Source of the DNA: Cyanophora paradoxa CCMP329
Lineage: Eukaryota; Plantae; Glaucophyta
NCBI GenBank assembly: GCA_004431415.1
Contig: QPMI01000128.1
Span: 1-44,802, forward strand
Length of the DNA: 44,802 nt
Direction of reading: 5' to 3'
The translations under genes and the position numbers were made by a program. The number at the start of each line of letters is the position of its first letter. Position 1 is the first letter of the stretch. This document shows positions 22,496 to 32,998 of the stretch, one piece after another. Under the pieces are notes generated by a model. It was given only the letters and a program-made list of their open reading frames with translations. It searched no databases and had not been told where the DNA came from.

Positions 22496-23522
22496 TTCTT
22501 CTCACAACATTACTTCGGTTCGGTTTGATTCCTTCTTTCTTCAACCTTTGATTAACTGTATTCGTTTTCTTTACTCTTGTTATTCGTTTTTGCGATGGAA
22601 TCTTAATGACTTCATTAACTTTCACTTTCTGTAATTCTTGCTTCTTGAAGCGTCGCTTAACTTCCTTCTCGTCCCCATCCATATCTTCCAACACTTTGAA
22701 TCTATTCCCATCAGACCTTCCAACTTTATAAACCTTTTGACTAAACCTCGCACCTTCCTTTTCAAATGCACTCTTCTTACCTTCTAACACTCGAACAGTA
22801 TCACCTGGTTTAACATCGACTCTCTCATTTCCCTTCACGTTATTATTGTGAACAGTATCCCGAAGGTAAATATATAGTTGTTTATCTTCGTTAGAATACA
22901 CTGTATTTGGTGAATCATTCTTCAAGGCACTATGGGGTGAATTGTTATAAATGGCGAGAACTTCGGTCACTAAATCAATCCACTTACTTGTCCCATTCGA
23001 TGTCATTGCCTTCCGTAAATACTGCTTGAAAGTCCTGGTGAATCGATCGATAATTCCGAGTTTATCACCAACTGTAATGTGTTCATCCTTAGCGACATCG
23101 GTATACAATCGCACCCCATGTTCTCCACACCAATTGCGATACATTGCGCTGGAAAACTCATTATCTCCCGATAGAGCAGCAACTTTACCTGCGTCCTGTT
23201 TGAATCGATTTAGAATACTTGGGATGTTCTCGTTCGTTTTGAAAGGATACACGAACGCCTTTCTGCTCAGAATATCAACAAAACTAATCATCTTAAAAAT
23301 ACCATTGTTTGCAGTTTGAAATCCTTTGAAATACATAATATCTACTTGGAAGGAACGTGGTTTCGCAACAATCCTTAGGAATGATTTAGGCTTTTTCGGT
23401 TTCTTGAATATCTGATGCACTTCTGAGTTTAAAAAGCGTTTTTTCAATTCTTCCTCATCAAAGTTTACTTTATCATTAATCAATTTCTGGCGATACTTCT
23501 TGTAAGATAACACGTTATCCAT
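22470..23522 (-). CDS. rve-type integrase of the inner PLV
   Basis: FQVDIMY, FVDILSRKAFVYP, LSGDNEF, LGIIDRFTRTFK (third acidic residue is D), YNNSPHSAL. Confidence 0.9.
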   Translation of the reverse strand: MDNVLSYKKYRQKLINDKVNFDEEELKKRFLNSEVHQIFKKPKKPKSFLRIVAKPRSFQVDIMYFKGFQTANNGIFKMISFVDILSRKAFVYPFKTNENIPSILNRFKQDAGKVAALSGDNEFSSAMYRNWCGEHGVRLYTDVAKDEHITVGDKLGIIDRFTRTFKQYLRKAMTSNGTSKWIDLVTEVLAIYNNSPHSALKNDSPNTVYSNEDKQLYIYLRDTVHNNNVKGNERVDVKPGDTVRVLEGKKSAFEKEGARFSQKVYKVGRSDGNRFKVLEDMDGDEKEVKRRFKKQELQKVKVNEVIKIPSQKRITRVKKTNTVNQRLKKEGIKPNRSNVVRRKYNLRSRA

Positions 23523-26500
23523 TATTGAGCAGCGCAGTTACATCTAATATGTGACAGGAAACAATTTTTGGTAGTATGGGGCAACGCATTATTGATTCGA
23601 TCAATAGAAATTACGTTCAGATCGAAGTCCATACCTCCATAACAACGAAGACAGTGACCATATTGCTTGCCGTAGCGTTTCTTGCACCACTCCCAATTGA
23701 CATAGTCCTTCTCATCAAACGGTCTGTTTGCCTTCTTGTCTTGCTCCTTGTACTGCTCAATTCTCTCGCTGAACTTCTTCATGTTCACAACGTGTTCTGC
23801 CCACTCATACCCATCATGGTAAATCTTCACACGACTTAGCTCGGTAGTTCGGGTGATTGCTGTGTAGAACCATTCCGCAGAAACGAAGGGCGCACCCGCT
23901 TCATAGATCACCACATTACCGCTCTTGCAATCGATTGTATCACCCTGAATCACGTGACAGGTATAAGCGTAAGGAAGTGAGAAATATCTCATTGCAGGTG
24001 GGTCTAATGTGATCACTTCCTTTGTAGCGATATCTTCGATGACGAACTCTTTGTCGTCATATGCCTTGATGGTGTACGTAAATCCATTGTGAATAGTCAC
24101 ACCATTTTTCACGATCCTTTGCTTTGCGACAATCTCCACACCTTTCGCGAAAATCGGGACATCTTCCCCGTAGTTCAATTTATGCAATTGCAGGTTGACT
24201 TCCGCAGCCTTGCGATTGGTGTACACTATCGCCCTGTCATCTTTCCCCAAAGTATCGACCGTTTCAAACCTGTACTTTTTAATGACATCGGGAACACTCA
24301 ACCGATTCTCGAAGAGATCCTTTTTTATTTCCTCGACAGTATCACGGTCTTCATGGGTCTTGTGACGCTTATTAACCTTCAATACTAACTCGTTCTTGAA
24401 CAGGAGACGCAGAATGTATGAGTAGTATTCTTTTTGGTCAACCGTCATATCCTGAATGGGCGGATTTTGGTGTGGGTCACCTGTGGCGATGTAGACCTTA
24501 TCCGGGAACAACACTTCCATAATGTATGCAAGCGCCGCCAATTCTGGAACTGTGAATTGACAGATTTCGTCGATAACGATGCAGTCGTACTCAACCAATC
24601 CGGAAGCATTACCACCCACAATCTCGTCCATGTTTGAATCGTCGACTTTTAGATGCAGAGCATCGTAGATGGTCTTAACATTTGCAAGACCATGTTGTAA
24701 CTTCATGTCGCGAATCCTCTTATTTGTCGGAACAATGAACAGGGGATTTTGGAAACGCTTACCAAACTGAACACCAATGTAGGTCTTTCCCACTCCTGGA
24801 ACGACACCTAATATAATCCATCGCTTCTGAGCAGCAAGAGTTTCGCAAATTGCCGTGGTATTATACTCATCAACTACCGAGTAAATAATGTGATTCGACT
24901 TCTCTAATTGCACGAAGTTCTCCTCGCGCTCCAATTTCCCGTAGTGAATGCGCTTGAAATTAAACTCCTTATTGTTCCCGATATACTTCTTTGTGAAATT
25001 GGGGCAATGCTTGATGCTGAATTCACCAATGTTGTCGTAGCTGTGACGGTCGAAACTCACAAGAGGGATCGGATCACAAGAGGTCGTGTAGACACAATCA
25101 GTATTAACAGAGACTGGATTAAGTCCTTTCTTACTGAGTTCGATGCACTTCTCGTATAGATTCATTCTCATAAGAGAATACATGAGATTGTGAAACGGTA
25201 GGAACCCATCAGTAAGAAACTTTTCTGCTACTTGATTCACATAGTAGATGCACGGTTCTGTGATTTCTTCCTCTGCGATGACGTAACAGGTTGGGTCATA
25301 CGATGCTGGATCTTTACCAAACACGTATGGTTTTACCTCTCCGCCATATTGCTTTTGGAATTCAATCGCATCGTCACGCTTGTTAAAGATCGTGGTCTTT
25401 ACTTTGTGGTTCTTCTGTTTTCCTATTTGCCCAATATTAGCAACAAGCATCTGCTTCTTGTCTGTTGGGTCAAGGTCACTCTCCATGATTTGCTTAATCA
25501 CGTCGCCTGCATAGTTTGGAACCAATTTATATGGTCGAAGAACCCCCTTAATCGTAATGTCCTCTTTCAGATCCTCGTAGTATTTTTTGAGAACCATACC
25601 TGGGATGACATTGTACCGTGAATCGATAAGCATGCGCTTATAACGGTCGTAGATGTTCAGTTCGTATTTCGTTCCATCTGCATTTTTCATCGGTTTGAAA
25701 TACTTTGATTTCAACTGAACGTAGTAGAAGTTGTACTTTTCGATTTCCTCAGCAGAAGTGATCGTGGTCTTCTGGAAATTATCGAATTTACTAATTACTG
25801 GGACGAATTCAATCTGTTTTGCAATAATTGCAGGATAGGCTTTGCACATGTCGTGTTCGTAGATATTCTCGCTCCACCCAATCTCATCAATGGTCTCCTT
25901 CTCCAAATCAAAGAACCCGCGCAGGGCAGTCTGTGAACCAATGCGGAACGCTGTTGAAGTTTGGTCATTGTACGTACTCTTGTTAGCATTGTTAACAAGA
26001 CTCAGATACATTTTCAGATTGAGCCGCTCGAATTTCTCACGATATTCAGCGTCCTTGAATTTCACCGCATAAGCAGTCTCCACATCCGTATCTGAACCGG
26101 GTGGGGTAACCGTTATGCTCTTCTCACCGTATGTGAAATGAATGTGTGTAATCTTCCGCATTGGGGAGAATCCCGCGTGAACCTGGTAGTTCACATCCAC
26201 AATGAACTCTTTCAGAAGATCGTCCAAGAACCCACTGTAACAGATTGAAATTTTACTCTGGCTCTTCATCTCCTCCGAATTGATGATCTTCACGATATCC
26301 TCAGGAGTTGCAGCAAATTCTCGATGTTTTCTTTGCTTGATAATCTTGAATCGCGACCCCACCGTAAGATTCGTGTCAGAGTTTGACTTCGATCCGTTGA
26401 AAGAGTGAGTGAGAGATTTGAGATTCTCGTTCAGAAGGTATAAGTGACCATTTTCGATTTTCACATAGGCGACCGATGGTGTGAGGTGGGTATTCCTCGT

Positions 26501-27607
26501 TTTCGGTTTGAAAGTGAGTTCAGGTATCTCGGTCTTGTCGTCTTTGTCGATGGTAACCATCCCGATACGGTAAGTTGACAGAACCTTTTCTACAATTTCC
26601 TCAAATGTAAAGCCCCAATCATCACCTTCTACTGGGTCACGTCCACGAATCATTTTGAATATACCGTTGTGGCTCCAATCAACCGATTTATACTTGCCTT
26701 TGGAATTGGCTTTCTGGAACGCTTGGGCGAAGTGCATAACAAGAACATCAGGAACGCAGCGACCTACTTTGAAGTTGTCACCTCGTACGAAGAGTTCCCC
26801 CAATGTCTTTGCTTGTGGGTTGGTCTCAGTTCGCAGATACTTGGAGATGATCATTGGGGCATGTTGCGAATCCCGTAGTGCTTGCTGTTGTCTCGGTACA
26901 TACGCTTGATTGTCTGTGGTAATGATTCGCTCGAATGTGACAATATCCCCGTAAATATCATTTTGAACTTTAACGAAGAATCGGAAATCACGATTGCCCA
27001 CATTCGCTTGTGCGATCGCTAACATGAACTCTTGGATATTCTCAACACCCATCAGAGCTGGGAAGGTATTGAACGTGTTTTTGATTTTGTCAAGTGACTT
27101 CAACAGATCCTCTTTCGAACACTGAATCGCGAGAGGTTGGTTAGTGCTTGTCTTCTTCATCTCGAAGTAGAACATACCGCCATCCTCAACCACATTGGAA
27201 TTAGCGGGCAGGTTCGGGATCTTATCGGGTGCGATATCCTTGTAAACTCGGACATGCAGAGTTACCATATTTCCGGGTGAGTTCTGGATATACTCGCGAA
27301 GGTTATCCATCATTTCTTGGAAGGGATCCCGACGCTTGCGCTTCTCACGCTTCTCGATATTCTTAGCCGTCCTCTCCGCCTTTGCCTCCTTCTTCTGTTG
27401 CTTACGCTCAAACCGCTGATACAGCGAACGATTGATTTCCCTAATGATATCATCCAACTTGTCCTCTCGTGGTCGCTGGTAAGTCACCACATCAAGAAAC
27501 TCTTCAAACTTCTCACGGTTGATCTTGTCGTCTACAAACGCTTGCATAGACTTCGCCACAATCTCTTGCTTCTTCTTTCTCAGCCTTAAATTCGATGCTC
27601 GCGGCAT
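23522..27607 (-). CDS. Fusion of a divergent PolB, an SF1 (RecD/Pif1-like) helicase and a C-terminal HNH-like zinc domain (1361 aa)
   Basis: Pol motifs: A EHDMCKAYP, B KQMLVANIGQIGK, C SVNTDCVY. Helicase motifs: GVVPGVGKT, IVIDEI, ATGDPHQNPP, YAYTCHVIQGDT, YTAITR. C-terminus CLRC...SIDRINNALPHTTKNCFLSHIRCN. Confidence 0.88.
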   Translation of the reverse strand: MPRASNLRLRKKKQEIVAKSMQAFVDDKINREKFEEFLDVVTYQRPREDKLDDIIREINRSLYQRFERKQQKKEAKAERTAKNIEKREKRKRRDPFQEMMDNLREYIQNSPGNMVTLHVRVYKDIAPDKIPNLPANSNVVEDGGMFYFEMKKTSTNQPLAIQCSKEDLLKSLDKIKNTFNTFPALMGVENIQEFMLAIAQANVGNRDFRFFVKVQNDIYGDIVTFERIITTDNQAYVPRQQQALRDSQHAPMIISKYLRTETNPQAKTLGELFVRGDNFKVGRCVPDVLVMHFAQAFQKANSKGKYKSVDWSHNGIFKMIRGRDPVEGDDWGFTFEEIVEKVLSTYRIGMVTIDKDDKTEIPELTFKPKTRNTHLTPSVAYVKIENGHLYLLNENLKSLTHSFNGSKSNSDTNLTVGSRFKIIKQRKHREFAATPEDIVKIINSEEMKSQSKISICYSGFLDDLLKEFIVDVNYQVHAGFSPMRKITHIHFTYGEKSITVTPPGSDTDVETAYAVKFKDAEYREKFERLNLKMYLSLVNNANKSTYNDQTSTAFRIGSQTALRGFFDLEKETIDEIGWSENIYEHDMCKAYPAIIAKQIEFVPVISKFDNFQKTTITSAEEIEKYNFYYVQLKSKYFKPMKNADGTKYELNIYDRYKRMLIDSRYNVIPGMVLKKYYEDLKEDITIKGVLRPYKLVPNYAGDVIKQIMESDLDPTDKKQMLVANIGQIGKQKNHKVKTTIFNKRDDAIEFQKQYGGEVKPYVFGKDPASYDPTCYVIAEEEITEPCIYYVNQVAEKFLTDGFLPFHNLMYSLMRMNLYEKCIELSKKGLNPVSVNTDCVYTTSCDPIPLVSFDRHSYDNIGEFSIKHCPNFTKKYIGNNKEFNFKRIHYGKLEREENFVQLEKSNHIIYSVVDEYNTTAICETLAAQKRWIILGVVPGVGKTYIGVQFGKRFQNPLFIVPTNKRIRDMKLQHGLANVKTIYDALHLKVDDSNMDEIVGGNASGLVEYDCIVIDEICQFTVPELAALAYIMEVLFPDKVYIATGDPHQNPPIQDMTVDQKEYYSYILRLLFKNELVLKVNKRHKTHEDRDTVEEIKKDLFENRLSVPDVIKKYRFETVDTLGKDDRAIVYTNRKAAEVNLQLHKLNYGEDVPIFAKGVEIVAKQRIVKNGVTIHNGFTYTIKAYDDKEFVIEDIATKEVITLDPPAMRYFSLPYAYTCHVIQGDTIDCKSGNVVIYEAGAPFVSAEWFYTAITRTTELSRVKIYHDGYEWAEHVVNMKKFSERIEQYKEQDKKANRPFDEKDYVNWEWCKKRYGKQYGHCLRCYGGMDFDLNVISIDRINNALPHTTKNCFLSHIRCNCAAQ

Positions 27608-27843
27608 ATTGCTTGTTTCCTATTCTATACAAATAAATTATTTCTTTAAGTGATTTTCATAGCAAGACGTCATTTTTTGACCAATTGGGAAAATCAACCG
27701 GTCAAGCAAATTATAAAAATAAGGAAAGGGTCGACCATCATTCGATGGCTCTAAAAATAACTCGAATGGGTGTGTTTATCTTTTTAAAGCGCGTTTACCG
27801 CGATTTCGTCTTTCTCAGAGCAAGCGCGCCAAGAAAAACGAGA

Positions 27844-28098
27844 TTAGAAGTAAATGGATGGGCGTCCACGATTAGAATAGGGAACACCATACAGATACTT
27901 GATGTAGCACACAGCGTTAGCGGTGTACTGGCGTTGTGAACTTTCCATGATTTTCATTGCCCGGTAACATTCATCAGAATTGTAAATCTCAGTCATTTGT
28001 TTGGAGAGTTTGGTACTATACTTCTTCAAATACTCCCGTCCTTTCTCGGTCTTGCGGTAGCGGTAAATGGCGCGTTTCTGGGCTTCGCTGATCGGCAT
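27844..28098 (-). CDS. Small basic protein, probably DNA-binding
   Basis: MPISEAQKRAIYRYRKTEKGREYLKKY; flanked by AT-rich intergenic DNA. Confidence 0.6.
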   Translation of the reverse strand: MPISEAQKRAIYRYRKTEKGREYLKKYSTKLSKQMTEIYNSDECYRAMKIMESSQRQYTANAVCYIKYLYGVPYSNRGRPSIYF

Positions 28099-28423
28099 TC
28101 TCTCCTTGTTCCTCTTCTGATATATAGCAAGAAATCTTTAAATCCTTTTTGTTATTGGTATATACCTTTTTCAGGAACATCGTCATTTTTTGCGCATCAA
28201 TGCAAGAAGATGCCGGAAAAATAATTCGAAGGTCACCCCTTCAAGTTTCTACGAATGAACCCCGCAGAACAGGTGATTTTAAAGCGTGATCATGGATATC
28301 ACAACTTTTCTACAACGCCACTTATAAAAATAAGTAAACGTGAGCGCAAACTCTCGGAATGGATGTTTAGCGCTATTCTTTAAAGAGATTATTTTAGCGT
28401 GAGAATGATGCGTGAGCCGTCGC

Positions 28424-29188
28424 TTAACGACGGTAGCCTGGACGAATGCCCAACTTAGCGAACCCCGAAACCATCGGCGCCGCATTGGAAATCGAGTTAA
28501 GTGGGTCAGATTGCGATGTAGCCACCCTCAGGATTGATTTATTAAGCACCGGCAAATCGGTTTTGTTCGATTCCTGATAATCGATAGTCTTAGCGATTAA
28601 TTCAGTCGGTGATTCCTTGACAACCTTAATGGGATCAGGTAGCACATCAAAAGTAACTTCGGGTTTCTTCTCTACCTTCTCTTTGGTTATAGGTTGCTCT
28701 TTGATCTTCTTCTCTTTTTGTGTCTCATCGGCGATTCCCTCAATGAGACTTTTAGCGTGTTGGTATGTGATCGTTTTTAGACCGCCTGTTACCGCTCTAA
28801 TAAAGTAACGGTTGCGGTGGTCTTTCTCAGAATAGGTTGAGTATAGACGTTCACCGCCATCGAGGAGTTTAAGAAGGGTCGACGATGTCGCTACCTTCTC
28901 AGTGGTCGATGATTTGAACTGACCCTTTTTAATTCCGCGCTTTGCACCGGGCATACGATTAAGCGGGACTTGATTAACAAGGGCGTTATCATCATGCACA
29001 TCTTTTGTTGATGCTTGTGTATATTGGTTTCTGTCTTTGTGAACGTCACGATCAATGTCACCATTACCATACGCTGCAACACCCTTGGATTTCTTGTACC
29101 AATTCCTTCCTTTCATTTCACCATCGCCAACGTCCGCTTCCACCGCTGGTTTGGCTAAGAAATTCTTAGGTTGAGTCTTGCGAGGCAT
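28424..29188 (-). CDS. Lysine-rich hypothetical protein (possible core protein)
   Basis: ~254-aa ORF starting MPRKTQPK, directly downstream of the penton gene. Confidence 0.6.
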   Translation of the reverse strand: MPRKTQPKNFLAKPAVEADVGDGEMKGRNWYKKSKGVAAYGNGDIDRDVHKDRNQYTQASTKDVHDDNALVNQVPLNRMPGAKRGIKKGQFKSSTTEKVATSSTLLKLLDGGERLYSTYSEKDHRNRYFIRAVTGGLKTITYQHAKSLIEGIADETQKEKKIKEQPITKEKVEKKPEVTFDVLPDPIKVVKESPTELIAKTIDYQESNKTDLPVLNKSILRVATSQSDPLNSISNAAPMVSGFAKLGIRPGYRR

Positions 29189-29220
29189 TTGAAATAACAC
29201 AACAAAAATAATTTACAAAA

Positions 29221-30123
29221 TTACATATTACGGGAGAACGGCAAGTAAACGCCTTCTAACTCTTTTATGACGTTTTTCAATGCCTTCTTTGTCAGATCCT
29301 TGTCATCTTGTGTTATCAGTTCAAGAGTCATCGACCAATCAGTGGTAATATCGGTTTCTACACCATTCCAATACGTGAGACGCACTTTCAGTGTTTCAAC
29401 TTCTACTTCCCCATTCTGCTCATGCAAGATCATAGAGTTATTCGATGAATCATATTTCAGAAGACTACCTACCGTTTGGTCGATCTCAATTTTAGCAAGC
29501 GCTTTATCGTCGCTGGTGTTCTTGCTTACGTAATTGCCTTTGAAGGGGTCAACATGTAGAAGGATGTAAGAATTGAACAGAAGATCAAGTGGTATTACGC
29601 TATCGACGTAATGGTTGTAAGTGATTGAACCAATCTCAACTGGCGCATCAAGTGGAGCGGAAGCATAACCATTTTCCGAACTTGCAGGTGTAAGATCAGG
29701 GAAACCAAGGAAGTTCGCTAAGATCCTACTACCAAATCGTAGGTTAAATACTGCATCCGACATGAACCTTAGAGATATGGTAACAGGATCGTATGTCACA
29801 TGGAAATGGCGAGTGTAGGTAGTTCCAACTGCACCATATGACTGTGAGGCGAGTTTTGCATTTAGTAGATTCACCAAACTATCTGTTGTGTATGTACCTT
29901 TCGTAATAATATTACTTCTGGTCTTAATCACATTTGCAGCATCGTAAGTAGATGTAATGAGCGTTCCATTTTCGCTGAGATTGTAGATGTTGTTGAACAT
30001 TTCGAAATTGGTAACGCGACACGCTTTAACCTTCTGGATTGCATGGGGAAGTTTGTAAGTAAAGTTTGTTGGGGTTCCATCATCTCGGTCTCTGGAATCA
30101 ATATTAAGATAATGACGCGTCAT
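29221..30123 (-). CDS. Minor capsid (penton) protein, PLV/virophage type
   Basis: N-terminal YLNIDSRDRD..TPTNFTYKL, middle LANFLGF, YILLHV, and C-terminal LKVRLTYWNG...DWSMTLEL. Confidence 0.85.
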   Translation of the reverse strand: MTRHYLNIDSRDRDDGTPTNFTYKLPHAIQKVKACRVTNFEMFNNIYNLSENGTLITSTYDAANVIKTRSNIITKGTYTTDSLVNLLNAKLASQSYGAVGTTYTRHFHVTYDPVTISLRFMSDAVFNLRFGSRILANFLGFPDLTPASSENGYASAPLDAPVEIGSITYNHYVDSVIPLDLLFNSYILLHVDPFKGNYVSKNTSDDKALAKIEIDQTVGSLLKYDSSNNSMILHEQNGEVEVETLKVRLTYWNGVETDITTDWSMTLELITQDDKDLTKKALKNVIKELEGVYLPFSRNM

Positions 30124-30175
30124 TCTGTTTAATAATGTAAATTAAAAATTTCTTTTCGTATTTTAAACATAAGAC

Positions 30176-31402
30176 ATGTCGCTTGCTGGGACAACTTTAA
30201 AGGAACTCCTCGTTACTCCCGGATCGGATCAAATTTATCTATCTCCCGGTCTTCAAATCGGAACCAACCCCAAGTATAAGCCGTTCCTTGAACAAGTCCG
30301 TCCACGCGGTAATACCTTTGGGTTTAAGACGACCGCTTACTTCGATCTCCCACGCAAGCAACTCCTCAGTGGCGTTTCGCTTTATTTCAAAGTGACCACT
30401 GGTGGTGGTGTTGCTTGCACTCTTCCCAATGGCGGCGCTTCATTCATCAATGAGATCCGCTTCGTACATGGTGGGTTTAAGTACATCATCCCCGGTGATT
30501 GGATTACTGTGAATGCCCTTATTGATACTGATCATTCTACCATGGGTAGTCTGCATGCTTCTCTTGGTTTCTTCAAGGAAATCGAACGTGACAGCACCAA
30601 TGAATCAATGGAGTACATTGTAAGAATTCCCGCGCAATTCTGGGATGATGCCTATTTCCCTCTTTGCGTTCTGGCGGATATGCCCACGATTGAGGTTGAT
30701 TTCCGCGATGTTGGAATAGTCGAAGTCCCTGCTGGTGGATCGGCAATCATTGCAGACTGTTCCCTCATCTGTCAATTCGTTAATATTGCTTCTGCGGAGG
30801 CTGAGACTCTGTTAAAGACGGCAAATGAGCAAGGCGGTATTCGTATCCCTATTACTGAGGTGATCCACAAGAAGACTCGTGCGCTGAAAACTGCCGATGC
30901 TGGGGAAACCGTCGAGGTGACGCTTGCTAATGTTTCTGGTCTGGTTCACAGTGTTCTGATGACGGTACGTGAGGTAAACAAACTCAATACTTACACTCAC
31001 TCTGACTTTTGTGGTCACGTTTCGGATGTTAAAATTGATCAGTTCCAAATCTTCCACAACAACCGTTCGCTCGATATTTCCAACAAACCAATTAGCGGTT
31101 TCCTCTCCGCTATTAATCACATTCCTACTCATTATAAGGGTGTTACAGTTGGTAATGTCTCTTATGGATTTGAGGCTGGTAATGTTTACGGAATTGTTCT
31201 CAGCAAGAGCGGCAAGGATTCCCTCCACAACTCCGTCATGGGATACCAAGATTTCTTCAACTCTTCAAGTTCGTACATGGATCTGACTGTTTCCGGTTGC
31301 ACTGATGCGGCGCCGGTTCAGGTAGATATTTACGCGCTCCGTCACAATGTCATGGTTCTCAATGGCTATAACATTTCCACACTGAAAGTTTCTAACTTCT
31401 AA
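30176..31402 (+). CDS. Double jelly-roll major capsid protein (PLV/NCLDV-like)
   Basis: 408 aa, beta-rich. FGFKTTAYFDLPRKQLLSGVSLYFKV and YIVRIPAQFW...FPLCVL...IEVDF match DJR MCP patterns; VDIYALRHNVM near the C-terminus. Lies between penton and ATPase. Confidence 0.82.
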   Translation: MSLAGTTLKELLVTPGSDQIYLSPGLQIGTNPKYKPFLEQVRPRGNTFGFKTTAYFDLPRKQLLSGVSLYFKVTTGGGVACTLPNGGASFINEIRFVHGGFKYIIPGDWITVNALIDTDHSTMGSLHASLGFFKEIERDSTNESMEYIVRIPAQFWDDAYFPLCVLADMPTIEVDFRDVGIVEVPAGGSAIIADCSLICQFVNIASAEAETLLKTANEQGGIRIPITEVIHKKTRALKTADAGETVEVTLANVSGLVHSVLMTVREVNKLNTYTHSDFCGHVSDVKIDQFQIFHNNRSLDISNKPISGFLSAINHIPTHYKGVTVGNVSYGFEAGNVYGIVLSKSGKDSLHNSVMGYQDFFNSSSSYMDLTVSGCTDAAPVQVDIYALRHNVMVLNGYNISTLKVSNF

Positions 31403-31538
31403 GCGCGGTTTCGCCCGCGCGCAACGACCGAAGGAAGTAAAGTTCTTTTCGTTCTTTAAAGTAGGAAGCCTGCGAATTGCGTATAGGTTAGCGTGTGATT
31501 TTGTTTTTTATCTTATTACTGTAACGGACACACAGTAA

Positions 31539-32261
31539 ATGGATATAGATTTAAACGATATTCCCGAATTCGACCCGGTAAAAACAGCTAAACTCCCTTC
31601 TGGTAAGACAACGTATTGTAAATATCTACTTTATGAACTGCGGGATAAGATCGATCAGATTGTTATATTTAGTTCCACTGCGTTCACTGGTCAATTCAGA
31701 GATATTACGCATCCCGATAACATCTACGAGGAATGGGATGATAATGTAGTAGTGAAACTCATTAGTATGCAAAAGAAACGAATCGAGAACAATGAGAAGC
31801 GTAATAGTTTGGTAATTATTTTAGATGACATGATTGGATCTAATTTGGATATGCATAACTCAGCTGTGTTATCTAAACTGGTAACAAGTGGAAGACATTA
31901 TGGTATAACTGTTATTTTCAATGTCCAACGTATATGCTCTATTTCTACTACAATTCGTCGTAACGTGGAATTCGTGGTATTTTTCAATATTCTTGGGAAC
32001 GAAAAAGAGTTTAACTGTGCATTCGATGAATATAACGGTGGATTGGACAAGAAGACTTATAAAGAACTACATAGACTTTGGGGTTACAATTACCAAACAG
32101 TCATAACTGGACTGCAAGGTTATGATATAAAGACCTATACAGATCGGGCGATTTTAACAGATGATGATATGAAGGCTTTTCGCAAGTTTGTGAAGCGACG
32201 AGCGATAAAAAAGAGAGTATCAATACGAATAAGTAACGAGCCGACAACGATAACGGTGTAG
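31539..32261 (+). CDS. A32/FtsK-HerA family genome-packaging ATPase
   Basis: AKLPSGKTT (Walker A), LVIILDD (Walker B), SGRHYGIT, NVQ, TIRRN. Confidence 0.9.
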   Translation: MDIDLNDIPEFDPVKTAKLPSGKTTYCKYLLYELRDKIDQIVIFSSTAFTGQFRDITHPDNIYEEWDDNVVVKLISMQKKRIENNEKRNSLVIILDDMIGSNLDMHNSAVLSKLVTSGRHYGITVIFNVQRICSISTTIRRNVEFVVFFNILGNEKEFNCAFDEYNGGLDKKTYKELHRLWGYNYQTVITGLQGYDIKTYTDRAILTDDDMKAFRKFVKRRAIKKRVSIRISNEPTTITV

Positions 32262-32700
32262 ATGGAGAGCGCTTTTCACGAGCGTTCCGGCGCTTTTTTC
32301 AGATTTTAGAGGCGATGATCTGGTGAAGAGTTACGATTATTTCCGTACTTCCGGTAGTTCGTGTATATATGCACATATATATACACTTTTTTACCGGAAA
32401 TTCCGTTCGCGTCAAACGGCAATCAGGAAATTTCATCTGCATCATCAATGAGTCTTCTGCAACCTATCGACATCAACACTCATTCGCAGAGTTCCATCGA
32501 CCTCAACACTGATTCATAATTCTATCTGCATCAACAATCATGGACATCATCGAAATCATCGAAAGTCAAACCAGAGTACGAGTTTAGTATCGAATACAAC
32601 AATCACTGATGTTGCGTATCGAATACAACAATCATCACTCTTCGAAATCGTCATCGAAATCTGATTGGTCGACGTCGTCATTGAAATCTAACAGACAACT

Positions 32701-32980
32701 TGTCGCATCCGACATTATAGCGGATGCTCATTTATATGTGAGCCGCTAGGGCTCTAGATCACGTCAGCCTTCGAGCTGCTGGACCGACGGCGCCTAGGCT
32801 AGTTAGAGCGCCGCGGTCACTTGTATTCGTGTCGGGGTACGCCGTATCTGGACGGGTACACCCAGTGAGTTGGATCTTAGCGACGACAGCAGTGACACTC
32901 GCCATTCCCCGCCCTGCCGAGCTTGCACTCCGCACGGGCTTCCGCGCGCACGATTAGACACACTAATCTCGCACGCGACA
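32701..32980 (+). repeat. 5' LTR (280 bp)
   Basis: TG...CA ends with a 6-bp terminal inverted repeat; direct copy at 39387-39667. Confidence 0.95.
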
Positions 32981-32998
32981 GGCGCCACTGCCGGGAAT
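32981..32998 (+). promoter_or_regulatory. Primer-binding site, probably tRNA-Asp type
   Basis: GGCGCCACTGCCGGGAAT immediately after the LTR. It resembles the tRNA-Asp PBS TGGCGCCGTTGCCGGGGA of plant Athila elements; the leading T is absent. Confidence 0.7.
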
